Below are positions 12,601-23,286 of a stretch of 64,000 nt of DNA, one piece after another. The notes below the pieces were generated by a model, which had not been told where the DNA came from, did no database searches, and was given only the letters and a program-made list of their open reading frames with translations. This DNA comes from Paragordius varius (taxonomy: Eukaryota > Animalia > Nematomorpha). How positions within the stretch are numbered: position 1 is the first letter of the stretch; each line of letters opens with the position of its first letter. The stretch lies in assembly GCA_964247055.1 (NCBI GenBank), contig OZ176054.1, positions 6,758,001-6,822,000 on the forward strand. The letters are read 5' to 3'. The translations under genes were made by a program, and so were the position numbers.

Positions 12601-14299
12601 TCCAGAATCTTACGTATCGGTTGATCATTGATTATACAATTATTTGACGCGTGGTTCCACCACATTCCTTAGACTGAATGTTGATGATTGGGCTTTAATG
12701 AAGGCGTGCAGGAATTTCTTATACGCGTCAAAGCGGAACGCAAGCGATTTTAAGGTTGCGGAGGAAAAAAGGCGCGATCTTTTACTGCAGGCCTAGCAGT
12801 CGATAGAATTAGACGTGATTCACCACAGGAAGCCATGTGGGAGAGCGAACCTGTAAAATTACATTGCTCTCAACTTCGAAAGGTCACATCTAAATCATAG
12901 AAACAGAATAAGACAGATCCTGTGGTTTTAATCATGCACCCGATAGATGTCCACCGCCAAGGCTGGCACTTCCAACCGTATTTTAAGAGGAAAATGACAG
13001 TCTAACCAATGTGGAACCCCGCCAAAATTCACAGCAATAATCTATGATCAGCCGCCGATACGTATGATTCAGGATTAAGGTTCCAGTGTACGTTAATTTA
13101 TTCTCAAGCCTGGGAACGGTGAGTCACGTTTGCAAACAAGTCAGGAACTGTCTTTATAATGGACAAAAGCGCAATGCCATGAGTAGTTGTATAATACAAG
13201 TACGATTCGATAGTGAAAGAAAAACTCTGTCGTACATGGTGGTGGTCGCTAGGGCTTCAGCCATTCCTAGTTGGGATTGGTTACAGGAATTTCCGAATGC
13301 CATGATGCAGATGATCAGTTGGTGAATTGTTAATAATAATACATTTCAGAGTCCACTTGTTTCTAAATTTGATTCGCTTTTTTGAGAACAGTTTGGCTGT
13401 GTTGCACGAGAAACCCTATAAAATTTATCCCAAAAACAAAAACCGAGAATTTAAATGACGTCGCATTATTACAGGTGCGTTTATGTCAAAATCAGCAAGA
13501 ACTTAACAGTTTAATCAATTACTTTAGGCATGCTTTAATTTTATTTGATGAGTGGACTGTATAACTTAAGTTAACATGAAAAATAATTATGCCATTTTCT
13601 CCAAAATAAACTTTCATATTCATATTTTAATAAATTAATTTGTAAAATTAAGTTATTACATCAAAATACACAAAATTTTTAGGCCGCGGTCAAAATTATT
13701 TTAAGTTTTACAATGGTTTTAATCCTTAAGTCTATATCATTTTAATTAACTTATTTTTTTAATAATTCTTATCATTACTCGAAAATAAAATTATATCTTA
13801 AAATCATTTATTACATTAAATTAATTTTTGTAAATTGCTTTCAATCCCTGATCATTATATCATTTAAATTAACTTACTTTTAATTTATTTCAAATAAATT
13901 CTTTTATAATTTGTACCAAATATAATGATGGATGAAATTACTTATAGCTTAAAACCATTTTTTTTCACACCGAATTAATTTGTTTTTACAAATTTTTCAA
14001 TTATAATTAATTTTATAGGAGTGGAGGCATGCACATGGTATGCGTTGTTTAGGTATCCCAAATACAGTCCTTTTTAACAATATCACGCTGATAGAGGATG
14101 CCATAAATTGTAAATTTATATTTTCAAGATAATTCTTCATTAGATAACCCTTCTAAATATTTTTACCTTATAATGGTTACATAAATATTTTTTGCTTCCA
14201 TATAGGTTAAACCTTATTTTCTGGTAACATTAATTTTCGATAGATTTTAGATTAATTTTTGTGATTGGATGACATAAGAGAATATGGCTTATATATATG

Positions 14300-14340
<41 letters not shown>

Positions 14341-14390
14341 TATAGAATATAATCATAATAAATTACATTTTAAACATCAATACTTATTCA

Positions 14391-14424
<34 letters not shown>

Positions 14425-14747
14425 GATATTTTTATCTTTTTTATTATTTTTCATATACATATATATATATATGCTTTTTACATTATATATAGTATGGGAA
14501 AAATTGAAGTTACAAAAAGGAAATGATAGATGGAAACCAGATATCGAGGTTTTTTGGCATTTCCTAGCTTAAAAATATTTTTTTGTTCCAAAAAATATAT
14601 GTTGCTTAATGTATATTAAAAATCATTTATTTTGGTTTTTTATTTTTTTACGTTGCTATATATATATAGGAAGAGTTTGAAGACAATGATGGAAACGTAA
14701 TCAGCCGTAAAACTTATGAGGATTTAAAACGCCAAGATCTTTTATAA
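6694..14747 (+). CDS. SF3A3: Splicing factor 3A subunit 3 (SF3a60/Prp9), 16 exons, 506 aa
   Basis: Exons 6694-6789, 6818-7024, 7050-7113, 7139-7230, 7257-7339, 7367-7439, 7500-7565, 8414-8485, 8563-8630, 9069-9173, 9471-9540, 10019-10207, 10775-10885, 14019-14109, 14493-14548 and 14670-14747 sum to 1521 nt in frame. Motifs: [106 protein letters not shown]. Confidence 0.97.
8691..9004. repeat. Long imperfect inverted repeat (hairpin) filling SF3A3 intron 9
   Basis: The core arms 8721-8812 and 8878-8969 are reverse complements with few mismatches (AAGGGCCATGGTGCAC..AAGCATTACCATG / CATGGTAATGCTT..GTGCACCATGGCCCTT), with a loop of about 65 nt. Weaker pairing extends to 8691/9004. Confidence 0.85.
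11100..13330. mobile_element. Decayed Ty3/Gypsy-like LTR retrotransposon in SF3A3 intron 13, internally inverted
   Basis: On the minus strand are an integrase core ([19 protein letters not shown], 11623-11898) and RT ([18 protein letters not shown] and YLDD, about 12130-12480). On the plus strand are gag-like [15 protein letters not shown], a knuckle-like [12 protein letters not shown] and a protease tail [15 protein letters not shown] (about 12680-13320). Many stops and frameshifts; LTRs not resolved. Confidence 0.78.
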
Positions 14748-15526
14748 AAAGGAATAAGGCACAAACACACTCAAATATTTATATTTCCCATTTTTTATTC
14801 TTTATTGTTCATAATGTGGAAATTTTGAAAGTAATAAATTATTAAATTTTTTGAAAATTATATTGGTTATATATATATATATATATATGAATTATTGGTA
14901 TGATAATTTAACTGATTTTTCTTGGGTACTTTGAGCTGAGCATTGCCGTTGAATATCATATTCGATATTTGTGATTTTTTAAATAAAAAAAATATTTTAT
15001 TTTGGCATTGTTTCCGCGGCTTTATTTAATTAAAACTGTAATTAGGTCTTCGAGTTTACATTCTAATTAGATCATAGGAGAAGTTTTGAAAAATTAACCG
15101 TCTATAACTTATTTTACAATATTAATTAATATATATATTGATAGTTTGATCATGTTAAAATACAATTTTATATTTTTTTTTAAATCATAATGATTGATTG
15201 CTGAAATTAAAAGAAGTTTAGAGCTAGTCCATTTATAATTGCTTTTTTTGTCTACTTTGTTTCTATATATAAAATAATTATGGATATCTCATCTTGATTG
15301 GAAGTGGACGAGAAAAAATAAGTTACAACAATATAATATTAATAATAACATTTTTAATGAAAAAAAAGAAATGTCATATTAAAGTGTTTTTTACTATTCA
15401 TTTTTAACCATTTTAAAGAAGCAACATATATTAATTTTTCTCATATAACTGATAAACCGATAAGAGACCTTGACCACATACAAACACTCTACTGGGAATG
15501 TTGTAAGAAGGACAGTTTTGTAATGA

Positions 15527-15559
<33 letters not shown>

Positions 15560-17336
15560 AGACAACACAAAATATATGCTTTAAAGATGTGTGTAGTGAT
15601 AAAAATTAAATTAAACGAAAAAAATTAATCACATTGCATTTTATTATATATGATAAAATACAAAACAAATTATTATGTTACATGGTTTAAAACGGCAGCG
15701 AACAAATTTGTTAATAATTTTTTAATTGTATTAAACATCTGTTGTATGAGACCATAGAGCACACAATAAGATAAATATTTAATATTATAGATCGCAAAGT
15801 CTGAAATAAATTGTTTTTTGGTTAAATTTTTCCGTTGCACACATGCATATTTTATTTGCTACGAAGGATGGATGGACTCTGTTAAAGATCCATCAGGACT
15901 TATAACCAACACAGCATTTTACAAAAACTATAATCATTTATTTATGCAAAAAATTATTATGTCTTTCGAAAAAATATATTTTCTGTATCTATATATATAC
16001 ATATGTATATAAATAATAAATAAATAATTTACTTTTCTTACATTACTTTCTCATATATACTCCTTTGGTCGTCATATCAATAAAAAAACGATGGTCCCAA
16101 CGGAACTCTTCGAAAAAAAATATTTTCATAAAATATGAATAAAACGAAACGATTTGGATATATATATACAGAATAAATATCTCATCCTACTAAAAAGTTT
16201 TAATACTTTCGCGTTTGGAATTTAATTCTGTGACATTACTTCAATTTACATTCTCGTTATCTTTGAGTGGACAAAATCCTAAAACAATACGTAAGCAATG
16301 GTTTCCCATATTTTTTATTATTTTATATGTCCTTCCTTGTCTTTTTTCATAAATTATGGACTTATTTTGCCGACCAATGTTTTGTACAATTATCTTTATC
16401 GTCTTTTAAAGATTTTTTTAGTAGAGTTCTCAAGTTTCGATAATTATAAATACCATGAAAGAACTAAAGAAAACCAGATTTAAAAATAAAGATTTCATTA
16501 GTTTTTTTGCTAGATTTTAAACAATTATTTAACTATTGAATTTGAATGGGTTACGCGCTACTAAATTATTTCCAATTCAAAAATGATAAGAAATGGCAGA
16601 ATAGTTTTATATATTATTTAGCATGGACGATACCATAAAAAATATAAATTTATATATAAACCCCCCCCCCCCCTTCCATAATGATCTCGTTTGACGGAAA
16701 AATAGATAAATTTTAATCAATATTTTGATTTTTTAAGAATTTTAATTGATTTTTTAATTTAAAAAATTGAGATATTTAAATATTTTTTATAGATCAAAAT
16801 ACCTATGTTCAACTAATAAATTTGTTAAAAGTTACTTTAACATTAAGCAATGGTTTTGATTTAAGAACTACGTTATTATTGATAGAATTGAAATCCATGA
16901 TGATCAGTATGAGCTAATTATTTTATTGCTGTTACTTAGATAAATATGATTTACGGGGCTCCAATGTTCTATATATATCACAAGATAGCTAAATTACTGA
17001 TATCGAAATAAAAAAGTATTATAAGTCTTCTGTATAACGAAATTACGAATTCGCATTTTTTCGCATATTGGGTTTACATTAAAAAAATTATTAAGGAAAG
17101 CGCGATAGCTAATTTTTAATATAGAGTTAATAGGTTTCAAATTTATTCTAATCACCAAAATTCACAAAGGTTTTATATTTTAAATTGAAAGCAATGGATT
17201 AAAAAAATTCTAATGACATAGTTTTTTGATTATGGAAGCCTTATATCCGAAAATAGGGTCAAAAATTTTATTGATGCCAAAAATTTCCATTTTTCCGAAC
17301 AAAAACTGCTTTAATTAAAATACTGAATCTATAGAT

Positions 17337-17843
17337 CAGGAGTGGCTAAACGGTCGACCGCGGTTTACATCTTTCATCTGTATTAACTAGTTCAGTATGG
17401 CACCACCAATACTTTTTATATAAACTCAAAACTCTCTCGCGATACTCCTTTTGATTCGATGGGATTTACTACTTGAAGCATTTCACAATTATTAAAAATC
17501 GGGATTTAGTAATCCATAAAATCTGGTATATTATAAAGATATTTGCCAACTACGAAGCCATTTTATACTTCAATTATCTAAAATCCGTCGCAAGATGTAC
17601 TAAATGTTTTAGTATTTGCACTGATTATAGCAACCAGAGGTCTTCTGAATCATCATTATGTATTTTGATAAACTATGTAAAATAACTAGTGAAAATAATA
17701 TTTATTTTAAAATGGCCTGTGCTAGGAGCCCCAATCCATAAATAGATATATATAATTTGTGTTAAAATGATAAATGAACCTTTTAATAAATTAAGATTTA
17801 TACCTGCCCGCATGAAAGGGGAAAAAAATGTTGGCTACCCCTG
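17337..17843. mobile_element. Non-autonomous hAT (Charlie-like) element
   Basis: Termini are CAGGAGTGGCTAAAC and GTTGGCTACCCCTG. The flanking 8-mers CTATAGAT and CTAAATAT form an eroded TSD. Confidence 0.55.
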
Positions 17844-18306
17844 CTAAATATACTTTTTCATCAAATGGCCTCGAAATAAATCGCTATAACATTTTATCGT
17901 TATTCCGATTTTTACGGGAGAGTGCAAAGAGCCCCAAATTAGGTAATCTTTATTAATATCATTTTCGTTCAAGATAAATATTATGATATGCATCTAAAAT
18001 TAGCAGACACATTTTCTCATCTGTGTTTATTTTAATACGACCCAGTGTGCGAAAAGTGCTCTTTGATTTTGGCTAACATAACTCTATTTAATCATGTATG
18101 TTCTTAATTTTTAATTAAATATTACATGCTCGCAAACTTTTATCTTCCATAAAAGTTAATTAAGGTGTTATTTGTTGTAAATTTTAAGTACTCAGAGTAA
18201 ATGACCGCCTTTGTGTATCAAAAAATGGAAATATTTATATACTCAAATATGTCAAATACCTGATTATCTTATTTGTTATTTTCAAAATATGAAGTATGCT
18301 TTTTTA

Positions 18307-18692
18307 TGTACCATTTGCACTGAAAATTCCCTCTTGAACACTTCAAATTTACCTTAAACCATTATAAATATGTCTCATTTCAATATCAACCTTAAATATT
18401 GCAAATTCTCCCCTGATCATACCAAATTCACAAATTAAATAGGGTGATTTTGAGCTAATAGAGACATTATTGATATGAAATATCACTTTATGGCATAGTA
18501 TTATTTTTTATGTTAATTTTAAGAGAAATGTTATTTTTAAAGACATCAAAAAGGTAATTTTTGAAATTCAAATCCATAAATTATTTTAGGGTGAAATCAA
18601 AATATTCGAGGGTGAATTTGAGTGCGAAGGTGACTTTAAAATGTTTAAGCATGAACTGAATTGTTCACTTAATTTGAGGTATAAATGGTATA
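18307..18692. mobile_element. TA-flanked MITE, longer family D variant
   Basis: TACCATTTGCA ... TATAAATGGTATA ends with internal AGGGTGAA/TTCACC-type repeats. Confidence 0.7.
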
Positions 18693-20982
18693 TTAGTAAT
18701 AATCAAATAAACAGACATTTTTAAAAAGCTTAAATAATTTTTGGATCTTTAAAAAAGGCGTTTTAAGGGTTCTTGATTTACTATTTTGATATGACAAAAG
18801 TAATGAAGTGTTACAATGTCAATGTCTTTTTAAATGGCTCAAACGTACCAGATAGTGTTTGGACCTTGACTATATTTTAAAAGCTAAAAGTTAATTTGAG
18901 ATCTCAAGCCAATAAGATACTTAATTTAAATCTTCGATTATTTGGCAATCGCTAGAAATTATAAAGAAAATTGTGGGAGAACCCATTGAGCCTTACATGA
19001 ATGTCTAAGAAGATTTAAATTAATAACGACTTTTGTTAAAATTTACAAAAAATGGAGTCGCGAAATTTATCCATCAAATGAAATATACCTTAAAGTTTTG
19101 TCAAAAATGCTCTTTATGTCATTCCCAAATTGTGTGAAAATTACTAGAGGAGCAATGGATATGATTTATTACATAAGCCAATAAACTATTGCACTAAGCC
19201 CTGTGGAATAGTGTTGCTATTTTTAGTAAGGTAAGTTCTAGGTCATAAAATCGGAGGTGTAGTTACTTAAAGCAACTCTTCCCTATGTTTGGAACAGAAA
19301 CCCGTCCCGCTGAGTTGTAACTATCTGACCGATTTGATTTATCAACGCCCCTAGTTCGGGCAACATTTTAAAAACAACCATTTCTTCCCGAAATTTTTGA
19401 AAACGTAATCGGTTTCATCCATTTATTTTCGATAATGCCTAAATTTCTAAGGTTTAGAATTAGATTTAAGTATGTTTGATTTAATTTTAAATAAACTCCT
19501 TAAGCAATTCAAAATATTGTTTAAAGAGGAAAATTAAGGCACTCCTAGCTTTTGAACAGAATATTTTTTTATTAAAATTTTAATATATTACAAATGTCTA
19601 AATAGTTTAATTTAGAGGTAAGTGTGACCACATATGAATATAATTAGCCTAGAGGCAAATAAAAAAATATGCAAAGTAAAAACTATACTTTATTTGCAAT
19701 ACATTTTCATTTTCATACCTTTTAGTGTAAACTATGTGTTTATATATCAGTGTCCAGTTAGTTCAATTAAGTCATAATTATCTTATTTTTGAACGACATA
19801 CCTATTATTGATAAATGCTAAAAGCAGAGCAATTATTTTTGCATGAAAAAAATATTTTTGATAAATCGATTCCCTCAAAGGGTATATATTTTGCTTCTCC
19901 ATACTTAATATTATAATTTTTTATAGCTATGATTATTTATGTTATGTATTTGTAGAAAATAATGGTATTGGAGCAATTAAAAAAATAAGACTAAATTTTA
20001 TATAGTCCAGCGCATATTTATATTATCTTATTTCTTGTCTCAAGTAAAATAACCCTAGTTAATCTTTTTAAAAACTCGGCAAGCCAGATATTATTTCTGA
20101 ATGCGCAGATAAATGTCATGAACTAAACTACAAAAAAACTAAAAATATGCCCTGATATTGGGACCACATTGCACTTTCAGGGTAAAATACAACCATCAAA
20201 ACTGTAATATTAAATTTTTCTTTTAAGCCGAGAATTTACTCTTGCATTCTTAAGAGATTTTTTGGAGTTTTATTAATTAAATATCATACTCATTGGCAAT
20301 AAAATGAGCCGATATATATAATCATTAAAATTTAAATTTAGCCAAGATAGCTGAAATATAAAAATAAATTGGTAATATTTTATACATTGGTTCTATACTT
20401 AATCCATAAAAAGAACAGAATATTTTTATTGACCATATCGCGGCATGAATAATAATTTTTAATCACCTATAAAATATGTTATTCATAATTTTTATTGAAA
20501 ATCAGATCATTATTATAAAATAATAATGATCGTTTTTTTACTTAATGACAGCAAACGGGACGAATACAAGTAAATATATTAATTTAAACCTATAATAACC
20601 ACTGGCTTATATTATATGGTAAATATATTAAAAAGGCATTTAATGTTAATTTAAGCCGCATCAAAAAAAATTTATTTAATCGAGTAGTACATTTGTTGAC
20701 TTTATATTATCGTCTAACCTATCAGTAAAGAAATGCAAAATTGATTTAAAAACCATAGCGCGGGAGGGGACTGAAAACTATAAATATTCTTTTTATATAA
20801 TTATGATATATAGTGCATCTTAGCTAAAAATGTTTTTTAAAAAATCCAAAATATTTATAACTATCTACGATTTTTCAATTTATTTGGGGCATAATTCCTT
20901 AAAATCATTTTGTTTAACCGTTTAATAATCAGTTAATTTCACCTATTAGGTTAACGGTAATCAGAAAAGGCAGGGTCTACAT

Positions 20983-21219
20983 CAGGGATCTCCAAGACAT
21001 ATGGCGTCGCTCGCCGCATTCGAAATAGATATCGGCATTCATAAATATTTATTTGGTTTAAAACGTAAGACTGAAATCAAACACAATTTAACAATTCCAC
21101 TAGTTTTTGCCAATTAGGAAGAACTAATCAGAAAAATTATTTGAGAAATATCAATTTTTTTATGTTTTTAATATAGATTTCCAAATTTTTCCTCCTGGGC
21201 CGCATGTCGGCCACCCCTG
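20983..21219. mobile_element. Short non-autonomous hAT-like element
   Basis: Starts with CAGGGATCTCCAAGACATATGGCG and ends with GGGCCGCATGTCGGCCACCCCTG; no clean TSD. Confidence 0.45.
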
Positions 21220-21614
21220 GGTTACGACATACCACTTATGTTTTTGGGATTTTTTCTACCGCATCGATTATAATCGAGGGGTGTCCAATAGTAGCCTTGC
21301 AATATCGGAAATTCTATATCATGCAATAATATCTATTCAAAAATTAATATAATTATATCTTAAAAGTATCTTTTGAATAAGTCTTTCCAACCAAACAACG
21401 AACTCTAGCCAGTTTCTTGAAAAGAGTATTCGCAGATTTTTTACAGTTTTATTATAAAATCCAATAAAAATATTTATTAAGGCCCCATATATTTTCCGAA
21501 AGGGGCCCGACGAAAATTCCCCAGCTAGTCTTTGTGCTAGAACCCCTGTCTTAAAGTAGTTTACCGCGTTGGTGTCATTATTTAGTCACTTTGAATTCAT
21601 ACTATCCCTTCTAA

Positions 21615-21859
21615 GAGAGGCCTAGCTAGGGAGGAGGAAAAAGGGGGCTGATGCATCGGCACCATAGTTGAAGGGGCGCCGGATTATAAAAAATTTAATT
21701 TTCTTTCAAAAAATAGGTAATTAAAAGTTATTATTTTAAATAATACATAACATCCATTTGTGAGTAGTCATGGTAACGGTTTGAATTTGATTATTTTTTG
21801 AAAATGCAAGGGGTTGCATGGAGTGGAAGGGAGCGCCAGAAATGCAAGCTACGCCTCTC
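21615..21859 (+). mobile_element. hAT-type MITE family C copy 1
   Basis: TIRs GAGAGGCCTAGC / GCTACGCCTCTC with a perfect 8-bp TSD CCTTCTAA (21607-21614 and 21860-21867). Homologous to copies at 45862 and 51901. Confidence 0.85.
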
Positions 21860-21919
21860 CCTTCTAAGGAGCCCTTTACCCTTTTTTGTATTTATTCGTT
21901 ATATTTCCTATGACAAATA

Positions 21920-22140
21920 CATTAAAAATATCAAATTTACCTTAAAAAGTTATGGGTTATCGGGCTAATATAACTCATTATTTATATGAAAAAATTTTTA
22001 TGGCTCCCTTTATTATTTTTCAGTTTTCTTTTAATTATAAACAAATCATTTTTTAAAAATATAAAAAAATAAATAATATATCATCTTTAAAAAAACAAAA
22101 TTTTAGGGTGAATTTGAATTGTTTAAGGCAGAACTTGAAG
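21920..22140. mobile_element. Degenerate family D MITE remnant
   Basis: Contains the family's TTTTAGGGTGAATTTGAATTGTTTAAG and AATATAACTCAT segments; the termini are eroded. Confidence 0.5.
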
Positions 22141-23254
22141 TGTTATGGTTTATATACGACAAGTCAGGAACATATTCTAATGTTTTCAGAGGTTAATTAA
22201 GGATAAAAAAATTAAGAAATTTTTGCATATTAATTACTCCATTAATATAAATTAAGAGTTATATCAAAAATAGAAGTCCTCTTTTTAGTTCTTTACAATC
22301 ATTCTAAGGTAATTCATGGTTCTAGCTAAATTTGGATACTTTTTTCTGTAATCCCATTGTGCATCATATACAAATATTTCTATCAAACAATCTCCTATTT
22401 TGTCCATGTATTTTGTCCTCTATTTACTGTTTTATTTTATTTTCTACTCTAAAAATTACATTTTCCAGAGATATAAATAAAAAAATCGAATATTAAAAGG
22501 ATTACATAAAACGTTACGTTACATTTTTAATTTTCAGCATAGTAGTGTAATAGGAATATAAGGATCTATCTATCCATCTATCTATTCAAAAATAATGATA
22601 ATCATATTAAGGCAATTGTTTTATGATTCTCAATAAAAATGAAGTTTTTTTGGTGCAACTTGTTTTTTGTATTGGAAAGTAAAATTGAAAACTATTTTTA
22701 ATCAATCAATCAATCTTAGCATTATTAATCCGTTGGATATGAACGTTTGCAAAAACCTTTAAGAGTTAAAACGCTCTTTATTGTTTTATCTTATTATATT
22801 AATTTATTTGGGAAAATCATAAAATTAATTTCTAATTACAAATTATTATTTTATATTTAAATAATTGTGGATGAATTATAATATTATTCAATATTTCTTC
22901 TATCCTAATAACATAAAAATTTAGATTTTATTTTTTAGTTAACAAATTATAACACATTTAATTGAAATCTGTAACCGTTTTAAGAGTCCAAAAATACAAT
23001 GTACGTTATATCACAATAACTTTTCCTACAATAGATTTTGAAATTATTATTTAATAAACTTCTTGTCATATACGCCTTGACAGATTGACTATGGGAAGAT
23101 TGTTTTTTTACTTTTCTATTGTTTGCAGAAAAATTTTTGTTAATACACCATAAAAAATTCCATATGATAAATTATCCCAAAATAATAAGGAATTACTGAA
23201 AAAGTAACATATTTTATCCAACATATTTCATCTTTTTTGTTCGCAAAAAAAAGT

Positions 23255-23285
<31 letters not shown>

Positions 23286-23286
23286 G

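Noticed and set aside
10960-13580. Candidate LTRs and PBS for the Gypsy remnant (AACTTAAGTT at both sides; TGGCG motifs near 12955 and 13020)
   Set aside because: Only a 10-nt palindrome is shared and there is no extended direct repeat, so the boundaries are not supportable.
15200-16500. Several 40-60-codon open stretches on both strands, including an in-frame TAG between two minus-strand segments and a 22-nt GT-AG candidate
   Set aside because: No phase-consistent model or known motif could be built. A single in-frame TAG is not evidence for readthrough or recoding.
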